Source: Alphaproteobacteria bacterium (GTDB lineage Bacteria; Pseudomonadota; Alphaproteobacteria; UBA6615). Taken from it: DNA of 64,000 nucleotides. Every line of letters begins with the position of its first letter. Within the stretch, counting starts at the first letter, position 1. Below the pieces are notes generated by a model. The model had not been told where the DNA came from. It worked only from the letters and a program-made list of their open reading frames with translations, and searched no databases. The stretch spans positions 330,662-394,661 of the forward strand of contig JBMYRB010000001.1 of NCBI GenBank assembly GCA_049601915.1. Reading direction: 5' to 3'. Made by a program: the position numbers and the translations under genes. Positions 40,449 to 51,352 of the stretch are shown piece after piece.

Positions 40449-41168
40449 ATGACGAACCAGCCGCAATTGCCCGCGAACCCCGTATTCGCGGCCCTCGATA
40501 CCACCGATCTCGACCAGGCACGCGCCTGGGCCGATGTGCTGCGCGGCCATGTGGGCGGTGTGAAGACCGGGCTCGAATTCTTCTCGGCGAACGGTGCAGA
40601 CGGGGTCCGCGCCATCGTCGATCTCGGCCTGCCGGTTTTCCTCGATCTCAAGTTCCACGACATCCCCAACACGGTGGCCGGCGCTGTCCGCGCGGTCGCC
40701 GATCTCGGCACCGCGATCGTCAACGTCCACGCCGCGGGTGGCCCGGCGATGCTGGCCGCGGCACGCGAGTCGGCCGAGCAATCCAGCGGGTCACAACGGC
40801 CTCTCGTCATCGCCGTGACGGTGCTGACCAGCCTCGATGATGCGGACCTGACAGCGGTCGGCCAATCCACCCCGGCACGCGACCAGGTCGTTCGCCTGGC
40901 GCAGCTCGTCCAGTCCGAGGGGCTCGACGGGGTGGTGTGTTCGCCGGCCGAGATCAGCGCCATCCGCGCGGCCTGCGGCCCCGACTTCAAGCTGATCGTG
41001 CCGGGCATCCGCCCCGAATGGGCGGCGACCGGCGACCAGAAACGCATCACGACCCCCGCCCAGGCCCGCGACGACGGCGCCGACGTGCTGGTCATCGGCC
41101 GACCCATCACCGGCGCCGACGATCCCGCCGCCGCCGCCGCGCGAATTTCGGACGAGCTGGCCGGATGA
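40449..41168 (+). CDS. pyrF: Orotidine 5'-phosphate decarboxylase
   Basis: ATG at 40449. Active-site DLKFHDIPNTV. Confidence 0.92.
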   Translation: MTNQPQLPANPVFAALDTTDLDQARAWADVLRGHVGGVKTGLEFFSANGADGVRAIVDLGLPVFLDLKFHDIPNTVAGAVRAVADLGTAIVNVHAAGGPAMLAAARESAEQSSGSQRPLVIAVTVLTSLDDADLTAVGQSTPARDQVVRLAQLVQSEGLDGVVCSPAEISAIRAACGPDFKLIVPGIRPEWAATGDQKRITTPAQARDDGADVLVIGRPITGADDPAAAAARISDELAG

Positions 41169-41812
41169 ACGTGACCGCCAAGATTTGCGGCATTAACGAT
41201 GAAACCGCGATGCGCACGGCCATCGAGGCGGGCGCGCGCTATGTCGGCCTCGTCTTCTATCCGCCGAGCCCCCGCGCGCTCGACCCCGACGCCGCCGCAA
41301 CGCTGGCCGCGCTCGTACCGGCAGGCGTGACCAGGGTCGGGCTGTTCGTCGACCCCGACGACGCCCTGCTCGATACGGTGCTGGCGAAGGTGCCGGTCGA
41401 CCTGATCCAGTTACATGGCGCGGAGAGCCCCGATCGCTGCCTCGACATCCGTGAGCGCGCGGGGCTGCCGGTTATGAAAGTGATCAAGGTCGCAAACGCC
41501 GACGACATCGAGGCGACCCACGCCTATGCCGGCGCGGTCGACTGGCTGATGTTCGACGCCAAGGCGCCGAAGGAAATGACCGACGCCCTGCCCGGCGGCA
41601 ACGCGCTGGCCTTCGACTGGAACCTATTGTCGGCCCATGAATGGCCGGTCCCCTGGATGCTCGCGGGTGGGCTCAACGCAGATAACGTGACCGAGGCCGT
41701 TCTCGCGTCGGGGGCCACCATCGTCGATGTATCATCGGGGGTGGAGGCCGCGCCGGGTCGCAAGGATCCGAACCGGATCAGGACATTCCTGGAGGAGGTG
41801 GAAAGCCTGTGA
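41165..41812 (+). CDS. trpF: N-(5'-phosphoribosyl)anthranilate isomerase
   Basis: ATG at 41165 overlaps the pyrF stop. MNVTAKICGIND. Confidence 0.9.
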   Translation: MNVTAKICGINDETAMRTAIEAGARYVGLVFYPPSPRALDPDAAATLAALVPAGVTRVGLFVDPDDALLDTVLAKVPVDLIQLHGAESPDRCLDIRERAGLPVMKVIKVANADDIEATHAYAGAVDWLMFDAKAPKEMTDALPGGNALAFDWNLLSAHEWPVPWMLAGGLNADNVTEAVLASGATIVDVSSGVEAAPGRKDPNRIRTFLEEVESL

Positions 41813-41858
41813 CGGGCTTCCTATTGAGCAGACCAACAACAATGTATAAGCAGCGACG

Positions 41859-43073
41859 ATGAGTGCGGAACCCAACAGCTACCAGAACGGCCCGGATGAA
41901 CACGGGCATTTCGGCATATTCGGCGGCCGGTTTGTCGCCGAAACGCTAATGCCGCTGATTCTCGAAGTCGAACAGGCTTACGAGGCCGCCAAGGCCGACC
42001 CGAGCTTCCAGGCCGAGCTGGACGAATATCTGACCCACTATGTGGGACGGCCGAGCCCGCTCTATTTCGCCGAGCGGATCACCGAGCATTTCGGCGGCGC
42101 GAAAATTTATTTCAAGCGCGACGAGCTGAATCATACCGGCGCCCACAAAATCAACAACTGCATGGGCCAGATTCTGCTCGCCAAGCGCATGGGTAAGAAG
42201 CGGATCATCGCCGAAACCGGCGCGGGCCAGCACGGCGTCGCCACAGCCACGGTCTGCGCGCGCTTCGGCCTGCAATGCGTGGTCTATATGGGCGCGACCG
42301 ACATTGAGCGGCAGGCCCCGAACGTGTTCCGGATGAAGCTCCTGGGTGCGGAGGTCATACCCGTCACCAGCGGCACCGCGACCCTCAAGGACGCGATGAA
42401 CGATGCCCTGCGCGACTGGGTCGCGAATGTCGAGGATACCTACTATCTGATCGGCACGGTGGCGGGCCCGCACCCCTACCCGGCGATGGTGCGGGATTTC
42501 CAGAAGATCATCGGCGAAGAGACGAAGGCGCAAATGCAGGCAGCCGAAGGCCGCCTTCCGGATTCGCTCATCGCCTGCATCGGCGGCGGGTCCAACGCGA
42601 TGGGTCTTTTCTATCCCTTCCTCGACGACAAGGACGTGCGCATCATCGGCGTCGAAGCCGCGGGCCATGGCATCGAGACCGGCGAACACGCCGCCTCCCT
42701 GACCGGCGGGCGCCCGGGCGTGCTGCATGGCAACCGGACGTTCCTGCTGCAGGATGACGACGGTCAGATTCTCGATGCCCATTCGATTTCCGCCGGGCTC
42801 GACTACCCCGGTATCGGCCCGGAACATTCCTGGCTGCATGAGTCCGGCCGGGTCGAATATGTCTCGGTCACCGACCAGGAAGCGCTCGACGCCTTCCAGC
42901 TCTGCTCGCGCCTGGAGGGCATCATCCCCGCGCTTGAGCCATCTCACGCGCTGGCCCATATCGGCAAGATCGCCGGCGACCTGCCCGCCGATCATCTGCT
43001 GGTCATGAATATGTGCGGGCGAGGCGACAAGGACGTGTTCACCATCGCCGACGCGCTGGGAGTGGAGCTGTGA
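41859..43073 (+). CDS. trpB: Tryptophan synthase beta chain
   Basis: PLP-lysine motif [11 protein letters not shown]. Confidence 0.96.
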   Translation: MSAEPNSYQNGPDEHGHFGIFGGRFVAETLMPLILEVEQAYEAAKADPSFQAELDEYLTHYVGRPSPLYFAERITEHFGGAKIYFKRDELNHTGAHKINNCMGQILLAKRMGKKRIIAETGAGQHGVATATVCARFGLQCVVYMGATDIERQAPNVFRMKLLGAEVIPVTSGTATLKDAMNDALRDWVANVEDTYYLIGTVAGPHPYPAMVRDFQKIIGEETKAQMQAAEGRLPDSLIACIGGGSNAMGLFYPFLDDKDVRIIGVEAAGHGIETGEHAASLTGGRPGVLHGNRTFLLQDDDGQILDAHSISAGLDYPGIGPEHSWLHESGRVEYVSVTDQEALDAFQLCSRLEGIIPALEPSHALAHIGKIAGDLPADHLLVMNMCGRGDKDVFTIADALGVEL

Positions 43074-43912
43074 GCCGGGGCGAGACCAGCGGCCGCATCG
43101 AGGCGCGATTCAAGAAGCTCGCGGACGAAAACCGTGCGGCCTTCATCCCGTTTGTCATGGCGGCCGACCCGGACATCGAGACCAGTTTCGAGATATTGCA
43201 GGGTCTGCCCGGCGCGGGCGCCGACCTGATCGAGCTGGGGGTGATGTATTCCGACCCCATGGCCGACGGGCCCGCGATCCAGGCGGCCGGCCTTCGCGCC
43301 AAGGCCGGCGGTGCGCGCCTCGACCGGACCCTCGACATGGTCCGACGGTTCCGGGCCGACGACGACGAAACACCGATCATCCTGATGGGCTACTACAACC
43401 CCATGTATATCTACGGCGTCGACAGGTTTCTCGCCGACGCACGCGACGCCGGCGTCGATGGCCTGATCGTGGTCGACCTGCCGCCCGAGGAAGACGTCGA
43501 GTTGTGCCTGCCGGCGCTGGCCGCCGGCATGCACTTCATCCGCCTCGCCACACCGACGACCGACGATGTGCGCCTGCCCGCCGTGATCGCGAACACGTCG
43601 GGCTTCGTCTATTACGTCGCGATCGCCGGGATCACGGGTACGAAATCGGCCGACGCGGCAGATATTCAGGCCTCGATCGAGCGCCTGCGCAAACACACCG
43701 ACCTGCCGATCGCCGTGGGGTTCGGCATCCGGACAGCGGAGCAGGCCGGCACGGTCGCACAAATCGCCGACGCCGCCGTGGTCGGGTCGGCCATCGTGCA
43801 GATGGTCGCGGAAAATCTGGATGCAAACGGCAAAGCAAAGCCGGAACTGGTAACGAACGTACTCGACCTCACCCGGTCGCTCGCCGATGGCGTGCGCGAG
43901 GCGGCGAAATGA
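43070..43912 (+). CDS. trpA: Tryptophan synthase alpha chain
   Basis: GTG at 43070 overlaps the trpB TGA (GTGA). ...[13 protein letters not shown]... [19 protein letters not shown]. Confidence 0.9.
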   Translation: MSRGETSGRIEARFKKLADENRAAFIPFVMAADPDIETSFEILQGLPGAGADLIELGVMYSDPMADGPAIQAAGLRAKAGGARLDRTLDMVRRFRADDDETPIILMGYYNPMYIYGVDRFLADARDAGVDGLIVVDLPPEEDVELCLPALAAGMHFIRLATPTTDDVRLPAVIANTSGFVYYVAIAGITGTKSADAADIQASIERLRKHTDLPIAVGFGIRTAEQAGTVAQIADAAVVGSAIVQMVAENLDANGKAKPELVTNVLDLTRSLADGVREAAK

Positions 43913-43931
43913 TCACGCAAGCGAGGGTCCA

Positions 43932-44873
43932 ATGAGCTGGCTGACCGATTTCGTACGACCGAAAATTCAAGCGCTGGTCGGCAAGAAGGACGTCCCGGAC
44001 AATCTCTGGCACAAATGCCCGTCGTGCGAGCAGATGCTGTTCCACCGCGAACTCAGCGACAATCTGCATGTCTGTCAAGCTTGCGGACATCATATCCGCC
44101 TGCCCGCCGCGGCGCGCATGGGTTTCCTGTTCGACAATGGCGAGTTCACCCGGGTCGAATTTCAGGCCGTCAAACCAGACCCACTCAAGTTTCGCGACAG
44201 CCGGCGCTACACGGATCGCCTCAAGGACGCGCAAAACAAGTCCGGCGAGAAGGAAGCGATCGTCGTCGGCCATGGCACGATTGGCGGCCGGAAGGCCGTC
44301 GTCGCGGCCTTCAATTTCGGCTTCATGGGCGGCTCCATGGGCCAGGCCGTGGGTGAAGGCCTTCTCGCGGCCGCGCGGGAAGCCATCGCGCTGGATGCGG
44401 CCCTGATCGCCATCCCCGCATCGGGCGGCGCGCGGATGCAGGAAGGCATGCTCAGCCTGATCCAGATGCCGCGCACGGTGCTGGCGGTCGAGCAGGTCCG
44501 CGAGGCGGGCCTCCCGTATATCGTTATCCTGACCGACCCGACCACGGGCGGTGTCTCCGCATCCTTCGCAATGCTGGGGGACATTCAAATTGCCGAGCCT
44601 GGCGCTACCATCGGCTTTGCCGGCAAACGCGTCATCAAGGACACCATCCGCGAGGAGCTTCCCGAGGGCTTTCAGACTGCGGAATCCCTTCGCGAGCACG
44701 GGATGGTCGACATGGTCGTCCCGCGCGGCGAAATGCAGGCGACCATCGCGCAGATGCTGAATCTGCTGCGCAAAGGCCGCGACGACGCGGCCGACGGCGA
44801 TCCGGCACCCATCGCCCTGACGGCACCGGCCCCTGCCGAAAACCCGGCCGCCAGTTCCGCAAATGGGGACTAG
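43932..44873 (+). CDS. accD: Acetyl-CoA carboxylase carboxyltransferase subunit beta
   Basis: Zn-ribbon CPSCEQMLFHRELSDNLHVCQACGHH followed by a carboxyltransferase domain. Confidence 0.95.
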   Translation: MSWLTDFVRPKIQALVGKKDVPDNLWHKCPSCEQMLFHRELSDNLHVCQACGHHIRLPAAARMGFLFDNGEFTRVEFQAVKPDPLKFRDSRRYTDRLKDAQNKSGEKEAIVVGHGTIGGRKAVVAAFNFGFMGGSMGQAVGEGLLAAAREAIALDAALIAIPASGGARMQEGMLSLIQMPRTVLAVEQVREAGLPYIVILTDPTTGGVSASFAMLGDIQIAEPGATIGFAGKRVIKDTIREELPEGFQTAESLREHGMVDMVVPRGEMQATIAQMLNLLRKGRDDAADGDPAPIALTAPAPAENPAASSANGD

Positions 44874-46182
44874 CGTCCCCGGCGCAAACGAAAGCGCCAT
44901 CGCGGATATTCTCGCGCGGTTTGTCACCTACCACCCGGACCGTATCGATCTGTCCCTCGACCGGATGCACCGGCTGCTGTCGGACCTCGATAACCCGCAA
45001 GCCAGCCTGGCGCCGGTCATTCACATCGCCGGCACCAACGGCAAGGGGTCAACGACGGCCTTCCTCGACGCTTGCCTGACGGCCGCTGGCCTGAGAGTCA
45101 GCGCCTATACGTCGCCGCACCTGCAGCACTTCGCCGAACGTTACAAGATCGCTGGCGAAATCATCTCCGATACGGCATTGCGCGTGCTGCTGCAGGAGGT
45201 CGAAGATCGCAACGCCGGCAGGCCCATCACGGAATATGAGATCACCACGGCCGCGGCTTTCCTCGCCATGGCCCGCGCGCGCGCAGATATCGTGCTGCTG
45301 GAGACAGGGCTGGGCGGCCGGTTCGATGCTACCAACGTTGTCGCCAGGCCCGCCGCGACCATCATCACACCGATCGGCTACGACCATATGGGGTTCCTCG
45401 GGAACACGCTGGCCGAAATCGCGAACGAGAAGGCCGCTATCCAGAAACGCGGCGTGGCGTCCATCGTGGCCCCCCAACACCCTGACGCCACCGCCGTGAT
45501 CAACCGGTACGCGGATGATATCGGCGCTGAGCTCTATCGCGCCGGCCGCGAATGGAAAGTCTCTGCCACAGCCGATGGCGGCGGCAGCTACACACGCGAC
45601 GGGACCCATTGGAACCTGCCCCAACCCGGCCTGCCAGGGCGCCACCAACTCGACAACGCGGCCCTCGCCGCGGCCTGCCTCGACGTCTGCGCGTTCCCCG
45701 GCGTGCACGATGACGCCATACAAGCCGGCCTCGCGCAGGTGCGGTGGCCGGGTCGGATGCAGCGGCTGACATCGGGCCCGCTCCCAGCATTGCTTCCCGA
45801 CGGGTCCGAACTGTGGCTGGACGTGGCGCATAACCCGATGGGCGCCGCCGCGTTGGCAGATGCCTTTGGCGATCTTCAGGCGCAAAGCGCGCGCCCATTT
45901 CACCTCGTCTTGGCCATGCTGGACGACAAGGATGCCACCGGGTTTCTAGCCCCGTTCACGGCACTCGCAACCAGCATCACGGCCATCCCTCTCGACGACG
46001 AGCCCCGCGCGATGCCGGTACCCGAGATCATCGCCGCCGCCCGACGCGCCGGCCTGACAGCGGATGTGGCAGGATCGGTCGAGGACGCCCTGTCACGAAT
46101 CACCCAAGAATTCGTATCCCCGCGCGTGCTCGTCACAGGGTCGCATCTTCTCGTGGGTACGACATTGCGCGCGAACAACTGA
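44863..46182 (+). CDS. folC: Bifunctional folylpolyglutamate synthase / dihydrofolate synthase
   Basis: P-loop IHIAGTNGKGST. Position is the conserved slot after accD. Confidence 0.92.
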   Translation: MGTSVPGANESAIADILARFVTYHPDRIDLSLDRMHRLLSDLDNPQASLAPVIHIAGTNGKGSTTAFLDACLTAAGLRVSAYTSPHLQHFAERYKIAGEIISDTALRVLLQEVEDRNAGRPITEYEITTAAAFLAMARARADIVLLETGLGGRFDATNVVARPAATIITPIGYDHMGFLGNTLAEIANEKAAIQKRGVASIVAPQHPDATAVINRYADDIGAELYRAGREWKVSATADGGGSYTRDGTHWNLPQPGLPGRHQLDNAALAAACLDVCAFPGVHDDAIQAGLAQVRWPGRMQRLTSGPLPALLPDGSELWLDVAHNPMGAAALADAFGDLQAQSARPFHLVLAMLDDKDATGFLAPFTALATSITAIPLDDEPRAMPVPEIIAAARRAGLTADVAGSVEDALSRITQEFVSPRVLVTGSHLLVGTTLRANN

Positions 46183-46264
46183 ACACCGCTTGGACCCGGG
46201 GCCGGACCGGCAGCACTGTAGACAGGGTCACGAATGCGAATCGGTCGTCAGGAGCATCAGGCGC

Positions 46265-47137
46265 ATGAGCACACCCAGGCTTGAAGACCTGCTCGAACGG
46301 GGCGACCGCGCGCCGAATTTCTTCCTGCCCGATCAGCGCGACATCATCATCAATCTGAACGACAAGGCCCGCGGCGGGCCGCTGTTTGTCCCGCTGTATC
46401 CGACCCAGAAGGACCCGGGCGCGCTGGGCGAGTTGCAGGCGATGTTCCGCGCCGCACCCGCCATGCTGGAGGCCAGCGCACATCTGTTCGCGATCAGTGC
46501 CGACCCGATACCCCTGGTGCAGAAAATCGCCGCCAAGAACGACCCGGGGGTTTTTCTCCTGTCCGACGCCGACAAGAAAGTCGCGAGACGGTTCGGCGCC
46601 CGCGGCAAGCTGATAGGCTTCGTCTTCGGGCCCGATCAGAAGGTCCGCACAGTGCTCCGGCCCGGCGACACCCCGATCGCCGAACGCGCCGTAGCCAAAA
46701 TCGCCGCCATGCCCCCCGGTTCCCTCGCCCGCAAAGCTGCACCCGCCTATCCTGGGTATCCCCGAAGTCTTCTCGCCTTCCTTTTGCCAGTGGCTGATCG
46801 AACAGTTCGAGAGTCGGGGCAACGAGCCATCCGGCACGCTGCGCATGGAAGAAGGCAAGATGGTTCACGTCACCGATGGCGTGACCAAGCGACGACGGGA
46901 ACATCATGTGGTCGACAAGGATTTTCTCGACGCGATCGGCACCCGGATCGAACGCCGTGTGCTGCCGGAGATCCGGAACGCCTTCCACAGCGACATTCGT
47001 TTCGTCGAGGAGTTCAAGATCGTGCGCTACGACGCCGACGTCGGCGGGTTCTTCCGCCCCCATCGCGACAACACCACGCTGGGCACCGCGCATTGACGCT
47101 TCGCCATGACCCTCAACCTCAACACCGAGGATCATGA
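46265..47137 (+). CDS. BCP/peroxiredoxin-like thioredoxin-fold protein lacking all Cys; open frame runs on over a decayed downstream gene
   Basis: ATG at 46265. The first roughly 155 aa align with the BCP topology, but the peroxidatic motif is PGA instead of PGC and the sequence has no Cys at all. No stop codon occurs in this frame until 47137, so the C-terminal third is probably spurious read-through. Confidence 0.45.
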   Translation: MSTPRLEDLLERGDRAPNFFLPDQRDIIINLNDKARGGPLFVPLYPTQKDPGALGELQAMFRAAPAMLEASAHLFAISADPIPLVQKIAAKNDPGVFLLSDADKKVARRFGARGKLIGFVFGPDQKVRTVLRPGDTPIAERAVAKIAAMPPGSLARKAAPAYPGYPRSLLAFLLPVADRTVRESGQRAIRHAAHGRRQDGSRHRWRDQATTGTSCGRQGFSRRDRHPDRTPCAAGDPERLPQRHSFRRGVQDRALRRRRRRVLPPPSRQHHAGHRALTLRHDPQPQHRGS

Positions 47138-47339
47138 GGGTGGAGAATTATGGTTCCCGGAATATGGCCAGGCGAGCTAACGCCCGGCGACCGGAGAAGC
47201 GGCGATATTCTCGTACAACCTGCTGCACGAGGCGACCGATGTGACCAAGGGGCAGCGATATTTTTTGCTGTCGTTCATGAATGACGAAAGCGGCCGTCAG
47301 TTTCTGGAACGCAACCGCAACAGAGGACAGGCCACCTAG
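46709..47339 (+). pseudogene. 2OG-Fe(II) oxygenase (P4Hc/PKHD-hydroxylase-like) relic with a frameshift and two in-frame stops
   Basis: Frame-0 translation from 46695 reads ...ILGIPEVFSPSFCQWLIEQFE...VGGFFRPHRDNTTLGTAH-TGA(47094)-RFAMTLNLNTEDHEGGELWFPEYGQAS-TAA(47178)-RPATGEAAIFSYNLLHEATDVTKGQRYFLLSF...TAG(47337). It carries the HxD...H and RxS-type oxygenase motifs. No in-frame start exists, which implies a frameshift near 46709..46740. Confidence 0.6.
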
Positions 47340-47425
47340 GTTCGTGGTGACCGGCTCAAAGCTGCCCGACGCAAAGAAAAACCCCGCCAACAGGGCGGGG
47401 TTTCCTATGTCGTGCCGGGGAGGGT

Positions 47426-47752
47426 CTAGAGGACCGAATCGACCCAGTCATAAATCTGGCTCTTGGGCAGGCTGCCGACTTTCATCGAAGCTACCTGACC
47501 ATCCTTGAACAGCAGCAATGTCGGGATGCCGCGAACACCGTATTTCGACGGCGTCATCGGATTGTCATCGATGTTCAGCTTCGCGACGACCACATCTCCA
47601 TCCTTGTCATCGGCCAGCTCTTCCAGGGTCGGGCCGATCTGCTTGCAGGGGCCGCACCATTCGGCCCAGAAATCTACCAGAACGGGCTTGTCCGACTGCA
47701 AAACGTCAGTCTCGAAGGAATCATCCGTGATTTGTTTGGAAGGCATGCTCAA
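47426..47752 (-). CDS. trxA: Thioredoxin
   Basis: WCGPCK active site ([18 protein letters not shown]). Confidence 0.95.
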   Translation of the reverse strand: MSMPSKQITDDSFETDVLQSDKPVLVDFWAEWCGPCKQIGPTLEELADDKDGDVVVAKLNIDDNPMTPSKYGVRGIPTLLLFKDGQVASMKVGSLPKSQIYDWVDSVL

Positions 47753-47860
47753 TCCTTTTCAGCGGTCCGGGCGCGGGCAGGCGCCACTGTGTAACTCTCG
47801 TTGGAACCGAAGGTAGGTTCACATCAATGCGTCGTCAAGAATTCGGACCTCACCGAACGA

Positions 47861-50800
47861 TCACACAGGCGTGCGACCCGCGGGGGCATAAAGATCGAGC
47901 ACATCGCCCGGCAACGACATCAGGCGTGGCGCATCGGTCCAGAGCAGGTACGCATCGACCTCCCGGTCGGGCCAGGTTTCCCGGATAACATGCCGGTAAG
48001 CCGCCATCTGGCGCAGATAAATCGGGGCTACATCCGTTGCTTGCGCCGGTGGTGGTCGGTTCGACTTGTAGTCCACGATCGCCACCCGCCCGTCGGACAG
48101 CACAAGCCGGTCGATTTGCCCGGAGATCACAAAGATTGTGCCGTCCGGCGCGGTCGCCGTACCTGTAATCGACACCTCGGCAAGGCTATCCGGTCCAAAC
48201 AAATGGGCAAAATCGCCCGCGCCCAGAACCCCCATCACCTCGCCAGCGAGTGCAGCCTGCGCGGCGGGGTCGAGAGCCAGTCCGGGCCGGGCGAGATACC
48301 GCAAGGCGGCATCGAGGCGCGAATCCGGCGTCAGTGACGGCAACCATTGCAGCAGCCGGTGCAGGATGTTGCCGCGCGCGAAACGCGCGCCGTCCTCGTC
48401 GGGCCCGACCGGCGCACGCACCGGTGGATCCTCGCCGGGGTCGGACGGCGCCAGCGGCTGCGGCGGGGCGGGTTCGGGTGGTGCGGTCTGCCCGAGCCAG
48501 ACCGGCGGTGCTGCCGCCGGCGCTGGCAACTCGGTTTCAGCCTGCGCGACCGCCCCGCGCTGCGGTGCAGACAACCGAAGAATCGGCGTCTCTTCCGACA
48601 CAATCGACGCCAGGACGGGGTCTTCGACAACCCGTGCCACCGACGCCATCGCCGGGCGGATGAGGTCGTACCAGGAACCCTCAGCGGGTGCGTTCCAGCC
48701 ACAGATATAGAGGCGCTCCTCGGCCCGGGTCATAGCCACATAGAGTAGCCGTCGATACTCCTCATCGCGCCGCGCACGAACCCGTTCGCGTAGCGACTGG
48801 GTGCGGGCATCCGTATCTTCGGCCCGCGGCAGCCAGAGGAAATACGCCCCCTGGTCGTCCTCGTCCCAGAGAATGTTGGGCAGCATGCGCGGCAGGCGCG
48901 TCGTATCCGGCAGGAACACGATCGGAGCCTCCAGTCCCTTAGCGCCATGCACCGTCATCACCCGCACCGCGCCGCCAGTCTGGTCGAGGTCGCGTTTGAC
49001 CTCCGCCTGCCCCGCGGCAACCCAATGCAGGAATTCCTGCAAGGTCGGGGCGTGGCTGCGCTCATAGGTCAATGCGAGGGAGAGAAACTCATCGATCGGG
49101 TCTGCCGCATCGGGTCCGAGGCGCGAAAACAGCCGCGCCCGGCCGCCGCGCGCCAGCACGCCGGCATAAAGCTCATAGGGGCGTTCGAAATCGACCCGCG
49201 CCAGCAAATCGACTAACAGGTCATGCGCTTCGGCAAATCGCGCATCCGTGTCACGGCGCCGGGCGAGCGTCCGCCAGAGGCCGTCGTCGCCCCGGTCGTG
49301 GGCCAGCTTGAATAGAAGATCCTCGTCGAAACCGATCAGCGGGCTCTTGAGCAAGGTCGCAAAGTTCAGATCATCTTCGGGCAACAGCAGGAACGCGCCC
49401 AGGGCCAGCAGATCCATGACGGCGATCTGCTCGCTGAGGATCATGCGGTCGACGCCCGCAACCGGTACGCCGCGGGCCTTGAACGCCCGGACCAACGCCT
49501 CAACGAATTCACCGCGCTGGCGCACCAGCACCATGATGTCACCGGCCTCGATCGGCCGCCCTTGGCTTTCGAGCAATTCGCCAGAGGCGAGCCAGTCGGC
49601 CGTGCGGGTCGCGATCAACTCGGCCAGCTGCTCCATCGCACCGGTCCTGGTGACCGGATCGACAGGCGGCTTCCACGGTTCGGGTTCGTCGAGCTTGTCG
49701 ACGAGAAGCGGCGGCCAGATCTCGACGCGTCCCGCCGCCTTGTCCCGCAACGGTGTGTGTTGGACGGGCGCATCGGGATCGACCACCCCCGCCCCGCCCC
49801 GGGGTTCCGCAAACACCCTGTCGACCGCCTCGAGCACGGGACGAGACGAACGGAACGAAAAATCGAGCGCGACGTTTTTCCACGCCCGCCGGGCTTCCGT
49901 CGCACGGGCTTCAAGGAACTTCCGAACCGCCTCGAACCGGCTCAGATCGGCGCCCTGGAAACTGTAGATCGACTGCTTCACATCGCCGACGGCAAACACG
50001 CTACGCGCGGGCAGCCCCGCGGCCGCGGCCGCTTCATCTCCGGCACCCATCCCGGCAAAAAACTCCTCCACCAGGGCCAGCACGACGTCCCATTGTTCCG
50101 GGTTGGTATCCTGCGCCTCATCGATCAGGACATGATCGATGCCGCCGTCCAGCTTGAACAACACCCAGGCCGCCGCACCGTCGCCGCGCAACAAGCTGCG
50201 CGTGCGCGCGATCAGGTCATCATAGTCCAGCCGGCCGCTCATGGCCTTGCGCGCTTCGTAGCGCGCCACGAGCTCTGCCGCGAGCCGGATCAGGGCACTG
50301 TTCGCCCGAAACAGATCGGCTTTCCGCAGCAGTTCGCGTACCGCCAACAGGCGTTCACGCTCGGCCTGCAACGCCGCGTCGACATCCGGGTACTTTTCCC
50401 GGATCGCCTTGGTCGCGAGCTGCTTGCGGGGCTCTCCCTGCTGCGTGAGATAAGCCAGCGCATAGGCATTGAAGCTTTCGCCACGCGTCTCGGCATCTCC
50501 CGCCAGCCAGTCACCTATCAGGACGGCGCGCTTGCTGTCGCCAGAAGACCCCCCGGCAAGGATCTCCACCGCGTGGCGCAGGGCGGCACCGTCGAACGCG
50601 CTTTCCGCACAGGCGTCTTCGAGAACCGCTGCCGGGTCGGTGTCCGGCGCCACGTCGAGGGTTCCGGCGATCCGCGCGCGAACACCGTCAACGCCACCAA
50701 AATTCTGCAGCATGTCAGCGAAGGGCGCACGGGCCCGGGATATTTCGTTGAGGAGATCGGGGAACCGCATCTCATGTACCCGTTCGGCCACATTGGCGAC

Positions 50801-51352
50801 GGACATCCCCAGATCGCCATCGTCCATATGCGCACTGGCCAGCAACTCTGCCTTGGCGTCTTCCAGAAATTCAACTGCGTCGCGCTCCTCCATGACCTGA
50901 AAATGAGGCACAACGCCCGCCTCGAGCGGAAACCGTCGCAATACCGACTGGCAGAAGGCATGGATGGTCATAATCTTCATGCCGCCCGGCGCTTCGAGCA
51001 CACGCGCGAACAACTGACGGGCCCGGCGGGCCGCGTCGTCAGGCGGTTCGGCGCCGAGCAAGTCCGACAGCCGCTGGTGAAGCGCGCCATCATCCAGAAC
51101 CGCCCAATCGCCCAGCTCGGCATTGATCCGCCGCGCCATTTCCGCCGCGGCCGCCTTCGTGAAGGTCAGGCACAGCACACGCTGGGGCGCCACGCCCGCG
51201 AGCAACAGCCGCAACACCCGGTCGCGCAGGACCCGGGTCTTGCCCGCGCCCGCCGAGGCCGACACCCAGGCACTCACCGCAGCATCCGCACCATCGCGTT
51301 GCCGCGTGCTGACCCGGTCGAGCAGATCGGAATCGAAATCGGTGAGGCTCAT
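47861..51352 (-). CDS. addA: Double-strand break repair helicase AddA
   Basis: UvrD-like helicase with Walker A (SASAGAGKT) and a C-terminal RecB-type nuclease. ATG at 51352 overlaps the addB stop. Confidence 0.92.
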   Translation of the reverse strand: MSLTDFDSDLLDRVSTRQRDGADAAVSAWVSASAGAGKTRVLRDRVLRLLLAGVAPQRVLCLTFTKAAAAEMARRINAELGDWAVLDDGALHQRLSDLLGAEPPDDAARRARQLFARVLEAPGGMKIMTIHAFCQSVLRRFPLEAGVVPHFQVMEERDAVEFLEDAKAELLASAHMDDGDLGMSVANVAERVHEMRFPDLLNEISRARAPFADMLQNFGGVDGVRARIAGTLDVAPDTDPAAVLEDACAESAFDGAALRHAVEILAGGSSGDSKRAVLIGDWLAGDAETRGESFNAYALAYLTQQGEPRKQLATKAIREKYPDVDAALQAERERLLAVRELLRKADLFRANSALIRLAAELVARYEARKAMSGRLDYDDLIARTRSLLRGDGAAAWVLFKLDGGIDHVLIDEAQDTNPEQWDVVLALVEEFFAGMGAGDEAAAAAGLPARSVFAVGDVKQSIYSFQGADLSRFEAVRKFLEARATEARRAWKNVALDFSFRSSRPVLEAVDRVFAEPRGGAGVVDPDAPVQHTPLRDKAAGRVEIWPPLLVDKLDEPEPWKPPVDPVTRTGAMEQLAELIATRTADWLASGELLESQGRPIEAGDIMVLVRQRGEFVEALVRAFKARGVPVAGVDRMILSEQIAVMDLLALGAFLLLPEDDLNFATLLKSPLIGFDEDLLFKLAHDRGDDGLWRTLARRRDTDARFAEAHDLLVDLLARVDFERPYELYAGVLARGGRARLFSRLGPDAADPIDEFLSLALTYERSHAPTLQEFLHWVAAGQAEVKRDLDQTGGAVRVMTVHGAKGLEAPIVFLPDTTRLPRMLPNILWDEDDQGAYFLWLPRAEDTDARTQSLRERVRARRDEEYRRLLYVAMTRAEERLYICGWNAPAEGSWYDLIRPAMASVARVVEDPVLASIVSEETPILRLSAPQRGAVAQAETELPAPAAAPPVWLGQTAPPEPAPPQPLAPSDPGEDPPVRAPVGPDEDGARFARGNILHRLLQWLPSLTPDSRLDAALRYLARPGLALDPAAQAALAGEVMGVLGAGDFAHLFGPDSLAEVSITGTATAPDGTIFVISGQIDRLVLSDGRVAIVDYKSNRPPPAQATDVAPIYLRQMAAYRHVIRETWPDREVDAYLLWTDAPRLMSLPGDVLDLYAPAGRTPV

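Noticed and set aside
46064-46264. Upstream extension of the redoxin-like ORF
   Set aside because: It overlaps the folC 3' end. ATG 46265 gives a BCP-like N-terminus.
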